NCBI GenBank assembly: GCA_963817895.1
Contig: CAWFQB010000010.1
Location: forward strand, 1-64,000
Origin: an uncultured Chthonomonadaceae bacterium
Lineage (GTDB): Bacteria; Armatimonadota; Chthonomonadetes; Chthonomonadales; Chthonomonadaceae
Direction: 5' to 3'
Length of the DNA: 64,000 nt
The position numbers and the translations under genes were made by a program. The notes below the pieces were generated by a model. It saw only the letters and a list, made by a program, of their open reading frames with translations. It was not told the origin of the DNA and made no database searches. Shown one piece after another: positions 1 to 10,800 of this stretch; position 1 is the first letter of the stretch, and every line of letters begins with the position of its first letter.

Positions 1-40
1 AGACGGCCAGGGGGCTTACTGGCGACGCTGTTAAAATAAG

Positions 41-127
41 GGAGTAGGTTGTAGGGAGTGGGGAGTAGGATTAAGACGCGAGTTGAACGCAGTTTCCCTA
101 TTCCCTACAACCTACAACCTACTCCCC
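41..127. repeat. Heptamer tandem-repeat hairpin (GGAGTAG/GTTGTAG arm ... CTACAAC/CTACTCC arm)
   Basis: ggagtaggttgtagggagtggggagtagg followed about 30 nt later by ccctattccctacaacctacaacctactcccc. Confidence 0.75.
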
Positions 128-143
128 ATTCAGGAGCTTCTCA

Positions 144-1168
144 ATGACCGCACAAACCACCCCTTCTACTCGTCCGGTTCGCATCGGCATACTTTCGTTC
201 GCGCACATGCACGCGGCGCAGTTACGCCCGGAGCATCGTCACGCGCCCGGATACGCATCTGGTAGGAGTGGCCGACCACGACCCGGAGCGGGCGCAGCGC
301 ATGGCGGGGCAGTTCGGGACGCAGGCGTTTGAGAGTTATGAGGCGCTGCTGGCCGCGCCCGATCTGGACGCGGTCGTTATCGGCAGTGAAAACGTCCGGC
401 ATCGGGAACTGACGGAAATGGCGGCAAGCGCGGGCAAGCACGTTCTGTGCGAAAAGCCGCTTGCCACAACGGTTGCGGATGGCGAGGCCATGATCGCGGC
501 CTGTAAAAGCGCGGGCGTGCAGTTGATGACCGCGTTTCCCGTGCCGCTACTCGCCCGTGATGCAGCGCATGAAAGCCGCGCTGGAAGTCGGGGGACGCGG
601 GCGAGATCGTCGCGTTTCGCGGCACGAACCGGGGCCGCAATCCGGGCGGGTGGTTTATTGACAAATCATTGTCGGGCGGCGGGGCGACAATAGATCATAC
701 CGTTCACGTCACCGACCTGATGCGCTGGATACTGAAGGACGAGGTGAAGGAAGTCTACGCCGAAATCAGCAACGGCATCGGGCATAAGGAATTCGACGAT
801 GTGGGTTTTCTGTCGCTGACGTTTCAGAGCGGCGTTTTCGGCACACTGGACGCAAGCTGGTCCCGGCCCAAATCGTTTCCGACGTGGGGCGACGTGACGC
901 TGGAGGTGGTTACGGAGCGGGGTACGCTGTCGCTGGATATGTTCGCGCAAAACCTCGTGCTGTACTCGGACAAAACGCAGAGCGTGAACTGGTGCAACTG
1001 GGGCGGCAACATGGACGACGGGTTGGTCGGCGCGTTCGCCCACGCCATTGCCCAGCGACGAACCCGTTCCGATTACGGGCGAGGACGGCCTGCGCGCCGC
1101 TGGAAGTCGCCCTCGCCGCCTACCGCTCCGCCGAACAAACCGCGCCCGTTACGCTGCCGCTTGCCTGA
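144..1168 (+). CDS. Gfo/Idh/MocA family oxidoreductase (several frameshifts)
   Basis: Fragments RIGILSFAHMHA, GKHVLCEKPLA, GGATIDHTVH and LEVALAAYRSA lie in successive frames. Confidence 0.85.
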
Positions 1169-1187
1169 TACACATAGTCCTATTGCC

Positions 1188-1751
1188 ATGAACCAATCGC
1201 GACTTACGCCAACCGCCGACGAACCGGCCCGCGCTGTGGCCTTATCGCAATTATCCACAGGCTGGCCGAGGCTGTCTGCGGCAATGGGGCAGGTGATGGC
1301 GGAAAGCGCATCTGCCTGTCTGGAAGATCGGGGACACGCCCTGCAAGTGAAAATGAGAGTCATTGGTTTGCATATGGCTGTTTACACGGTACATCGTCTG
1401 CCGGTAACTGACCAACTTAGAAGTACGCGCAACGATTTGCAGGACGCTATCGAATGGGGCGCGTGTGGCATAGCAATTCTCGTAATCAGTGATGTAACCG
1501 ACTACACCATTGTTGAAAAGGCGTGGAAGGGTGGCGGGTTCGATTACTGGCTTGGCGATAAGAATGATCCGCTGTTTCAAAAACGCGCCCGTTTGGAGGT
1601 TTCCGGTATTTTGTCGGGACAGGCGAGTACAATAGAACAACGCATGAAAGTGAAGCTAAAGCAATCCGGCCCTTCCGACTTCACAAATACGCCCGCGTAT
1701 GCCGTTGTCGTTGAGTTTAGCGCTCCGACAACCCGGATAGAGATAAAATGA
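1188..1751 (+). CDS. Hypothetical protein with PD-(D/E)XK-like motif
   Basis: ATG at 1188 within ORF 669..1751; motifs EWGACGIA, GGGFDYWLG, RLEVSGI. Confidence 0.65.
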   Translation: MNQSRLTPTADEPARAVALSQLSTGWPRLSAAMGQVMAESASACLEDRGHALQVKMRVIGLHMAVYTVHRLPVTDQLRSTRNDLQDAIEWGACGIAILVISDVTDYTIVEKAWKGGGFDYWLGDKNDPLFQKRARLEVSGILSGQASTIEQRMKVKLKQSGPSDFTNTPAYAVVVEFSAPTTRIEIK

Positions 1752-2119
1752 ACGAATCGTTAAAAGACAGGATTGAACAGGTGCAACAGCTTCACGACAT
1801 GGCAATGGACAACGCCGAAAAAGCGTTGCTTGCTGACAAGGGTAATGAGGCACTAAGCCGTGAGGCGTACCGTCAGGCCTTTTTGTATGAGCGGGAGGCT
1901 GCAAACCTGCTTGCGGACAACATTGATTTTGAACCTTCGCGTTCCGTCCTGCATCGCAGCGCGGCGGCGCTTGCGCTGGAGTGTGGCGAATGGCGCGCGG
2001 CGGAACAACTTATCTGCGCGGCTCTGGCAGGCAATCCACTGGAAGACATTGCGGAAGAGTTACGCGAGTTGCTTCAGAAGACGTATGCGTTGCGTATCCC
2101 TGTTGCTGCTGCCGCCTGA
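1748..2119 (+). CDS. Small all-helical (TPR/MIT-like) hypothetical protein
   Basis: 123 aa ORF with ATGA overlap to the upstream gene; EPSRSVLHRSAAALAL motif. Confidence 0.75.
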   Translation: MNESLKDRIEQVQQLHDMAMDNAEKALLADKGNEALSREAYRQAFLYEREAANLLADNIDFEPSRSVLHRSAAALALECGEWRAAEQLICAALAGNPLEDIAEELRELLQKTYALRIPVAAAA

Positions 2120-2476
2120 TGTTTACAAAACAATACTATGTACTGGAAACGGACGGATACAAGAATTGGGGGCGCTACTATGACGAAGCATTCTTGCTTG
2201 CTATTATAGAAGCGTTCGCGCAAATCGGAGATTGGAAGAGCTTTGCGCAGGTTCGCAGGCTGACGATTACGGCAAAGTACGCCAGCGTTCAGAAAGCCGC
2301 GCGGGAGTGTTTGCCTTTTCTGGAGGATTTAGCGCAGAAGCAAGCGGTTGGAGAAACGTTGCTGCGCGCGTCCAGTTCATCCGAAATCCGCTAATATTGC
2401 TCCCGAAACCCTGCTGCGTCCCGCCGCGCCCGCTACAGACACACAGATTGAAACCCTCCTGCGCCCCGTTGAATAA
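2119..2476 (+). pseudogene. C-terminal fragment of a HEAT-like protein with triple ETLLR tail
   Basis: AFAQIGDWKS...ETLLRASSSSE, then after a 1-bp shift APETLLRPAAPATDTQIETLLRPVE*; resembles the tail of 28453..29088. Confidence 0.55.
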
Positions 2477-2622
2477 CAGTCGGCTGCCTGACAGGTTACA
2501 AGCCCTGCATGGTTCGGCAGGGAACAATTCCCCGCCCGACACCCCATTTTGCCTTATGATTCGTATTTTGTAGCAGACGAAACAAATTTCTCGCGAAAAA
2601 GATGCGAGGTTTGCTTCTTGTG

Positions 2623-2631
2623 TGGTATAAT
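2623..2631 (+). promoter_or_regulatory. Extended -10 promoter element
   Basis: TGGTATAAT in AT-rich intergenic DNA upstream of ORF 2889. Confidence 0.45.
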
Positions 2632-2888
2632 GCTTGTGGAAGCATAAATGAGAGTAGTGTCGGTTGCGCGTTCCCTGTAGCAACTAAATGGCTGCCGCTT
2701 CAAATCAGGATGTTGTAAACAACTGGTAGCGGTGAAGTATTTCAGGGGAACATATTTCGGCGTTGAATCGTTGTTTAGTTGAGAACGACATTTACCGATA
2801 ATGGTTTTAGCGCGGTTTTCACGCCACGCTGTCAACAAAACAGCCGTTAGCAGGCCGCGTCGCAAACGCGACAACAACAAACAGAGCC

Positions 2889-3329
2889 TTGATTGATCCA
2901 ATCGTATGGCTCGGAAAATTTGAGAGAATTCTCGTGAGCAGAATAGCCCCCAAACCGATAATCGCGCGGGTCGCGCAGACGTGGGATGTAGCGATGGGCA
3001 TGAAAATCGCCCTTGTGGAAGACGTGGAAAAGCATGTCTGGATCGTAGAGTCGTGTCCTGTTGGCACACATTTCTGGACATTAGCGCAGGCGCAGGAACT
3101 GGCGCAGTCCGGGCGTACCGGTCATGCCCTGCGCGCGGCGGTTGCGGCGGGCGACGCTTTGCTGGCGGCCCGCGAAACGCAATTGGCGATTTCCACGACG
3201 CGGAGAATCCCATCGAAACAGGTTCCGCCCATGTATCGTGAGGAACGACGGACGCTTGCGTGTCGTGAAAGCGTCGCGCGCCCCCTGCGCCGCGCTTCTC
3301 GCCGCGAAAAAATCGCTGTTTGCGCGTGA
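2889..3329 (+). CDS. Hypothetical protein
   Basis: 146 aa ORF filling an intergenic gap downstream of a promoter-like element. Confidence 0.5.
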   Translation: MIDPIVWLGKFERILVSRIAPKPIIARVAQTWDVAMGMKIALVEDVEKHVWIVESCPVGTHFWTLAQAQELAQSGRTGHALRAAVAAGDALLAARETQLAISTTRRIPSKQVPPMYREERRTLACRESVARPLRRASRREKIAVCA

Positions 3330-3429
3330 GGAAGTGGATAGTGGATAGTTGGTTTTCAGGCCGGAGGCAAATTGCCTCCGGCCTGTTGTTTTGGCGCGCC
3401 GGTTTTAACAGGACAGAGGTTCTTTGCTG

Positions 3430-4768
3430 TCAGGGAATAAGGCCGGATGGTAAAGTGACAACGGGTTCGTTGTGGTTGGGGGGCCAGAGTTTGGCGGTTG
3501 CGCCCGCGCCTGCCAACAGGAAGCGGGTTGGGTCGAGGGCGCGGCAAGTGGCGAGGGCATCGTCACCGGCATCCACAAGGTTCCACGCGAGGATGCAGGG
3601 ATGGGCGCGGTCACGGACGATTAACGCATGGAGTTCTTCGCCTGCAGCCTGCGCGGTTTGCCCGGTTCGCGCCCCCTCCACAATGAGCAAGCCCTCCTCG
3701 TCCGCGAATTGCAGCAGGGCGGGCGGCGGGGCGTAGGTGTAAAGGACGGTAACGCCGTTTGTTTTCAGGCGGCGCAGGAGGGCGCGTAATTTGGCGGCAT
3801 CGTCCACAGTGGCGACAACGGGCGGACGCGACGGGAGGGGCGCAAGCGATTTCAGCGTGACTGGACTGCCGTTGAGGGTTATGGTTTCGTCCTTGTAACC
3901 CCACTCTCGAAAACCGAAGCTTACTTCCATTGTGTCCAGCATGTCCCTGTCCTGATGGAAACCGAACTGGAGCAGGTACAGGGTTGGCGTTTCGGGCGAC
4001 CAGTTCTGGCGCAGCTTGTTCCCCAATGTTATCAGGACGGTGGTTGTATTGCGTCCTGGCGTGACGTGCAGGTTCTGGTGGGTTTTTTGCAGCGCGCGTT
4101 CGGGCGCTTTCGCGTCCACAATACGGGCGTCCAGCGTGGCGTCCCCCTCCGATTTGGACGTGTTCCACAGGTCGAGCGTGGCGTTGACGTGTCCTGCCGC
4201 ATCCGCTTGCGGCGCAACGTCGCCAAGATACGCCTCGTCGTGCGCCAGCAAAAGTACGCCCTGCGAGATTCCCGTTCCCCATTTGCCCCCCATAACGCGC
4301 AGGGCGAGCAGGTTCGTTCCGCCGATATGCGCCTGCGTTGTCACCGTAAACTCGAATGGCGTTGCCCCCCCGCTGTGTTCGCCCAATTTCTGCCCGTTCA
4401 GCCAGATTTGCGCGGTTTCGGCAACCGCGCCGAATTGCAGGCGCAACGTTTGCCCCTTCCAGCCCTCGGAAATATCAAAACGCTTCCAGTACCAGACGGC
4501 GATTTTTGCTGTATTCTCTGTCGTGGCGTCTTCCAGCGAAGGCGCGAACGTTTGCCCCGCTTCTTTCGGGAACGTCGTTTTGCCAGCCGCCCGTTACGCC
4601 CTTATCGCCTGCATCTTTGAGCGTCTGCCATGCCCCTTCCAGAACCGCAATGTCGCGCCCCGTCCGCGCTTTCGGCTTGATTTTGGCTGGCGGCGCGGCA
4701 AAGGCATAGACACTAAAGAAAACAAGGGATATAATCAGCAAACGTAGAATACCAGAATACAAACGCAT
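3430..4768 (-). CDS. Secreted glycoside hydrolase family 2-like protein, shortened (frameshift near 4565)
   Basis: Signal peptide; LQFGAVAETAQIWLNGQKLGEHSGGATPFEF; WSPETPTLY; FGFREW; DRAHPCILAW...DPTR. Confidence 0.8.
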
Positions 4769-5036
4769 CGCCAACTCCTGCAAGTGAGTCATAAGGGTTT
4801 GAAGTAATAACAGAGATACTTTCTAAACGTGTCGCGGCAGTGATTCGTCTCAATGCGAATATTAGAGGAAACCCTTTGAAGAAGCAAAAAGACCTTTCTT
4901 AGCGGAACTACAACCGGGCATACTTTGTTGTGAAATAGTTCCATAGCCGGCTGTGCAGAAACTAACGGTAAACAAAGGAAAAAGGCGCTATCCTTGTATA
5001 GAGCCGACGCTATAAAGCAAACAAAGGAGCGCAGGC

Positions 5037-6854
5037 ATGACAGGAGCGCGACGCAGCGGATGGCGCTGCCGCTGGAGTGAGTTTGGCGGAATAGCTTGCG
5101 CGCTCCTTGTCGGATTGCTGCCGCTCACCGATTTTTGGGAGCGAGTAGAACTGCGCGCACAGGATATGCGCTTCCAGTGGCGTGGGCCACGCGAAACTCA
5201 GAGCCGTATCGTTATCGCGGCGGTAAGCGAGGATACCTTACAGGCATGGCCGGAACCCACGATCTTCTGGGGTGGACATTATGGGGAAGTTATTAACCAC
5301 TCTCTTGAATTGGGCGCAGCGTGGATCGGTCTGGATGCAATTCAGGCGGTGGATGCGGATGAAGAGTACGCGCCACAGCAGCGCCCTACGCTTCGGCTGG
5401 CACAAGCATTGCAGAAGGCGGGCGGTCATGTCATGTTATCCAACCTTCGCTCGACAACCGGATTGCCCGTTAATCCTGCGCCGCGTCTGACAACCCTGGC
5501 AGAAACCGCAGACAATATCGGCTTTGTGGACTTTCCTGCGCAGACGGATGATATAGCCCGCGCCAGCGCGCTTTTTGTCAGAGACCGAGAAGGGATTTTG
5601 CCGGGTTTCATTGCGCTGCTGGCGGCGCGATTCAGGGGCATTGCGCCGGATGATTCGCGGGCGTTAGGCGCGTTGGCGGGCGTCCCCGTTGCCGACAAGG
5701 ACGCGCCGACCTTCTGGATCAACTACATGGGACGCCCATTCCCGACCGTTTCAGCGGACAGGCTTGCGGCAGGCAGGTTGAATGAGGCCGAGCGTCAGCA
5801 ATTGCGCGGAGCCATTGTGCTGATTGGCGTCACGCATCGGCTTTCCAACGACAAGCACCGCATCCCGGGCGGAGCGTATGTCAGCGGCGTGGAAGTGCAG
5901 GCGAATGCGCTTGCCACCCTGCTCGACGGCGAAGCGTTGCGCCGGGGAACTCGCGGGCAGGAAGCTTTGTTGACTCTGGCGTTAAGTCTGGCGTTATTCG
6001 GGCTGATGATGCGCCTGTCGTTCGGCAGGGGACTGCTGCTGCTCGGCGTAACAGTGGCAGTCTGGATCGCTTTTGCGCAGTACGTCTTTGCTTCCGCTTA
6101 CTGGCTGTTGCCGGTGGCAGGGCCAATTCTGGGATGGATTTTGCCCTGGCTCGTCTTCCACAGCGTTCGTTCGCTGGAAGAGGGTTTTCAGCGTTTGGAG
6201 ATTGAGGCCGAGTTCGGGCGCAGCGTGTCGGCGGAGATTCGAGACTACCTTCTCAGCGATCCCGCTCGGCGGCAACTGGGTGGAGACGAACGGGAAGCCA
6301 CGATTTTGTTTATGGATATTCGCGGCTTCACGACGTATGCGCAAACGCGCAAGCCTTCCGACGTAGTGCAGGAACTCAACGCCCTGTTTCGGGAGATCGT
6401 GCCGGCCATAGATCGCCATAAGGGATTGCTGTACAAGTTCACCGGGGATGGCCTGATGGCCGTGTTCGGCGTGCCGCTCCCACTGGAAAATAATCACGCG
6501 CAGGCGGGCGTCAACGCCGCGCGGGAGATCGCGCAGGCCGCGCGGCGGGTAAATGTGGAGCGCGCCGCGCGTGGGTTATCGCCCTGGAAAATCGGGTCCG
6601 GCCTTCATTCGGGAATGGTGTTTTACGGCAATCTGGGCATTGCGGAGCGCTCCGAATTTACGGTCATCGGGGATACGGTGAATCTGGCCGCCCGTCTGGA
6701 AGGATTGAACAAAGAATTGGGCAGTCAAATCGTCATCAGCCAGGCGACCTGCGACCTTCTAATAGATCATTCGCAGGTGGCGGCGCTCGGAGAACAGGCG
6801 ATACGGGGGCGCGACCCGGTGCAGGTTTACAGTGTAAGTGTAGAGGGAAAGTGA
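5037..6854 (+). CDS. CHASE2-domain class III adenylate/guanylate cyclase
   Basis: CHASE2 motifs (IVIAAV, WINY, SGVEVQANAL), three TM helices, ILFMDIRGFT, KFTGDGLMAVFG, FTVIGDTVNLAARLE. Confidence 0.92.
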   Translation: MTGARRSGWRCRWSEFGGIACALLVGLLPLTDFWERVELRAQDMRFQWRGPRETQSRIVIAAVSEDTLQAWPEPTIFWGGHYGEVINHSLELGAAWIGLDAIQAVDADEEYAPQQRPTLRLAQALQKAGGHVMLSNLRSTTGLPVNPAPRLTTLAETADNIGFVDFPAQTDDIARASALFVRDREGILPGFIALLAARFRGIAPDDSRALGALAGVPVADKDAPTFWINYMGRPFPTVSADRLAAGRLNEAERQQLRGAIVLIGVTHRLSNDKHRIPGGAYVSGVEVQANALATLLDGEALRRGTRGQEALLTLALSLALFGLMMRLSFGRGLLLLGVTVAVWIAFAQYVFASAYWLLPVAGPILGWILPWLVFHSVRSLEEGFQRLEIEAEFGRSVSAEIRDYLLSDPARRQLGGDEREATILFMDIRGFTTYAQTRKPSDVVQELNALFREIVPAIDRHKGLLYKFTGDGLMAVFGVPLPLENNHAQAGVNAAREIAQAARRVNVERAARGLSPWKIGSGLHSGMVFYGNLGIAERSEFTVIGDTVNLAARLEGLNKELGSQIVISQATCDLLIDHSQVAALGEQAIRGRDPVQVYSVSVEGK

Positions 6855-6863
6855 GACGACATC

Positions 6864-7790
6864 ATGCAGCGCGGATACCTTTGCGGAACGGTGTGGATTG
6901 GAATCGGAATACTGACAACAAGCCTTGCTGCGGACGCGCAGGCGCAAACCATCGCGGTGGGCCAGACGCTGAATGTACAGGGAAATGTGACGATGACGCG
7001 AGGCAAGTTCGCGCCGCGCCCATGCCAGGGTCTGGATCAACTGCGCGCGGGTGACATTCTGACGGCAGGCAAGGGAGCCTCGGCAGTCATTGTTCTGTAT
7101 AGCAACGGCGCGCGCTTCGCCCTGTCGGAAGGCAGTCGGGCGCAGGTACGGCAGGACGCTCTCAAAGAGCAGGCCGGGCCAGCGCCGCGCTCGCTTGTCG
7201 CTCTCAGCCGCGCCTTTGTCCGCCCGATGCGCCAGGCATCGCAAAGTCTGAGTCCCCGCTTCGCGGGCGAAGTGGCGCGTCCCCTGTCCGATCCGCATGT
7301 TGGCCCGTGTCGTCCCTGGCCGATGGGCGCGATACGTGACTCAGAAGCGCATTTGCGCTGGCAAGGGCCAATGCAGCCGGAAACCAAAATATTGCGCCTG
7401 CGCATACAGGATGCGGCGAACAAAAGGATAGTGGAGGAACACGATATGCCGCCTTCCACGCGCGAGTTTGCGGTTCCGTCAGGCTTGCTGCAATTAGCTC
7501 ACTGGTACGACTGGTCGGTGACGGCCATAAATCAGCAGGGTTCAGGGCAACCGTGTTGTGGCATGGTGCGCCTGCTGACGCCGGACGAGCGTGAGTTGCT
7601 GGAGCGGGAGGAACGCGCAGCAGAACGGATGCGCGAAGCGGATGCCGGCGATCCGACGCCCGACCTGCTGTTGGCGCAAACTTACGAGCGACTGAACTTG
7701 CGCGAGGAAGCAAGAGAAGCCTACGAAACCGTCCTGCGCTACGGCCCCCATGCGGGCGCAGAAGCTGCCCTGAAACGTCTCAAACCTTAG
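6864..7790 (+). CDS. Secreted FecR-like/Ig-like/TPR protein
   Basis: Signal peptide; VQGNV...LRAGDILTAG FecR-like N-terminus; YDWSVTA; C-terminal TPR-like helices. Confidence 0.7.
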   Translation: MQRGYLCGTVWIGIGILTTSLAADAQAQTIAVGQTLNVQGNVTMTRGKFAPRPCQGLDQLRAGDILTAGKGASAVIVLYSNGARFALSEGSRAQVRQDALKEQAGPAPRSLVALSRAFVRPMRQASQSLSPRFAGEVARPLSDPHVGPCRPWPMGAIRDSEAHLRWQGPMQPETKILRLRIQDAANKRIVEEHDMPPSTREFAVPSGLLQLAHWYDWSVTAINQQGSGQPCCGMVRLLTPDERELLEREERAAERMREADAGDPTPDLLLAQTYERLNLREEAREAYETVLRYGPHAGAEAALKRLKP

Positions 7791-7876
7791 AGGACAGGAA
7801 CGACGCTTGCTCCACACAGAAACAGTGAGCATCCAACCACCTGAACACCTGAACACCTGAACCCGGAGGATTTCCC

Positions 7877-10800
7877 ATGCGCGCTGCCACTCCCATGACG
7901 ATATTTGTGTGCCTGCTATGTCTGTGCCTGCAACTGCTGCCCGCCGGGGCGCAGACACCTGTGGAACCGTCCGCGCCCCAACCCTCCGCCGCCGTGCAGA
8001 CCCTTCTTGACGCTGTAAACAAATCGCTGCAGGAGCAAAAGTTGGAAGAAGCGCTTAAAGCGGCAGAGCAGGCACTAATGACAGCACAAATGACGCACGA
8101 TATAGTTGGAGAAGCAAGGGCGTTTCGGGGAAAAGCAATAGTTCTTACTCGCCTTAGCCGTCTGACGGACGCGGTGACAACTTGGAAAGAAGCAACATCG
8201 GTGTGGGCGCGGGTAGGCGATGGACCGGGACAGGTGGAGGGATTAGGGCAAATGGGCGGATTGCTGATGGCGATGCGGTCAGAGGAGGCAACAGGTCTGT
8301 TAGAGCGCGCATTGATAATTGGGAAGATAGAAACAAAGCGACCACAAGCAGCGGCCACAGAACTCAACGGCGCAGGAATCATGCTGTCTAACTTGGGGAA
8401 ATTGAAGGAGGCACACATTTTTTTTGCCTATGCTCTAACAATTATAGAAAAGCTGGCTCCCAACTCCTTAGATGTGGCCGCTGGCCTCAACAATCTGGGT
8501 ATTGTGTCTGACGAGCAAGGCGATCTTGCTGCTGCTGCCGACTACTACAAGCGCTCTCTAGCCCTCCGAGAAAAGCTGGCTCCCAACTCCTTAGATGTAG
8601 CTGCCAGCCTCAACAACCTGAGTGCTGTGGCGAGAGGACACGGCGACCTTGCGGCGGCGGACTATCTCAAGCGCGCTCTGGAAATTCACGAGAAATTGGC
8701 TCCCAACTCCTTAGTTGTAGCTGCCAGCCTCAACAACCTGGGTGCTGTGGCGAAGGAGCAAGGCGATCTTGCTGCTGCTGCCGACTACTACAAGCGCTCT
8801 CTAGCCCTCCGAGAAAAGCTGGCTCCCAACTCCTTAGATGTAGCTGCCAGCCTCAACAACCTGAGTGCTGTGGCGGAGAATCAAGGTGACCTTGCTGCCG
8901 CTGCCGACTACTTCAAGCGCGCTTTAGCGATCCAAGAGCATTTAGCACCCAATTCCTTAGATGTGGCAAACAGCCTCAACAATCTGAGTTTTGTGGCAGC
9001 CATCAATGGTAATCTGGTTGCAGCAGAGGATTACCTCAAGCGCGCACTGGCAATCCAGGAAAAACTAGGAACCAACTCCTTAGCTGTAGCTCTCAGTCTC
9101 TACAACCTGGGCATTACGGCGAAGCAACGCGGCGACCTTCTTACCGCTGTTAAGAGGGCGCAGCAAGCCTGGAACATCGTGCGGCAACAGGCGCAATTTG
9201 TTTCCGGTGATGAGGAACGGCAGGCATTCGGGGCAGCCTACGCCACGTATGCCGTCCATCTGCTCCAGCATCAGATCGCCACAAAGAAGCCGGAAGCCGT
9301 TCAAGATGCCTTCCTCACGCTGGAGCAGGGCCACGCGCAGGCACTGCAGCAACTTCTCGTCGAGCGCCGTGTATTTGCAGGCACAAAGAAGAATCCTCTC
9401 TGGAACGCTTATGAATTAGCTGTACACCAACGCGACCGGGCGCTGTCAGCCTCTTCTGAAGCGTCTGTCCGGCAATCCCGCGCGACCACAGCGTTGGCGG
9501 TGGCGAAAGAACTAGGAACGCATACGACCCCTGCCGAGATGACGCGCTTGGAAACAGCACTAAGAGAGGCGGTCACACATTTCGATACGGCTCAATCGGC
9601 TTATGTACAGGCGCGCTTGAAAGCCGAGAACGCCTGGAAGCAGATCAAAATCGCTAATCCACGCGCTTTTATCCCGGAACGCAGCGTTTCGGAATTGCAG
9701 CAGGCCCTCCCACCGAAAACACTTTTTGTCGCGTTTTCTGTTGGCGACCGGCAGAGCCATGTGTTTCTCGCGCGGTCTACCGGCGCTGTTCAGGCGTTCG
9801 TTTTGCCTATCAAGAGCAAAGACCTGACGCAACAGATCGCTGACCTGCGCGCCGACCTGACCGATCCTCATTCCGATGCAGCGCGCCTGACCGCCAGAAG
9901 CCACCGCCTGTTTGCCCTGCTGTTTCCCCCGCCCGTGCAAAAGGAAATCGCCGGTTCGTCCCGGCTGCTGATTTCCCCGGATGGTCCGCTGTGGAACCTG
10001 CCGTTCGGCGCGCTGGTCGTGAGCAGCGCGACAGGGAGCAAAAACGGCAAAACCTCCATGTCGGACTATCTCGGCGCGCTGAAACCGCTGTGCTACACGC
10101 AGTCGCTGTCCGTGTTCGCGCAGGCGCGGCAGGACAAACATTCTCTGACGCGCGGACAGAAACCCGTCGCGCTTGTGCTTGGCGATCCCCTGTTCACGCA
10201 TCCAGCGCAAGTTATAGTCGCTTCCAATGCGCCCGCCGTGTCGCGCCCAACCGACCCCACCCGCGCTTTGCATGGCGAACGGGGCTACCTGTGGGACAAG
10301 AGCGCGCCCCCGCAGCGGTTGGAAAAGACAAAGGAGGAAGCTCTGGCAATCGCGAAACTCTATAACACGACGCCGCTGTTGGGCGAGCAGGCAACCGAAG
10401 CCGAACTGCGTAAACACATCGAACAGGCCGACATTCTGCATCTGGCAACGCACGGCTACTTTCATCCTAAAATCGCTATGGCGTCAGGTCTGCTGCTCAC
10501 GCCGCCCGCGATTGAGCCGCCCATTGGAGAAACCGACAACGACGGCGCGCTGCAAGCCTGGGAGATATTCAGCCAACTGCATCTGCGCGCCGAACTCGCC
10601 GTGCTTTCGGCCTGCGAGACGGGATTAGGGCGCAATGTCACCGGCGAGGGCGTGATTGGCCTAACCCGCGCCCTGCAATACGCCGGATGCCGCTCCATTG
10701 TCGCCAGTCAGTGGCAGGTCAACGATGCCAGCACGGCCACCTTGATGACCGCGTTGCACCGAAATCTGCGAGCGGGACTGGCAAAGGATGAGGCGCTGCG

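Noticed and set aside
669..1751. 360-aa oxidoreductase-nuclease fusion in the ORF track
   Set aside because: The oxidoreductase ends at 1168 in another frame; the fusion is a frameshift artefact
2480..2888. Possible riboswitch or ncRNA in a long leader (also 49575-49925)
   Set aside because: No recognisable conserved RNA motif by eye; needs Infernal/Rfam
8447..9120. CRISPR-like array
   Set aside because: Repeats are in-frame TPR codons with no unique spacers, and no cas genes are present
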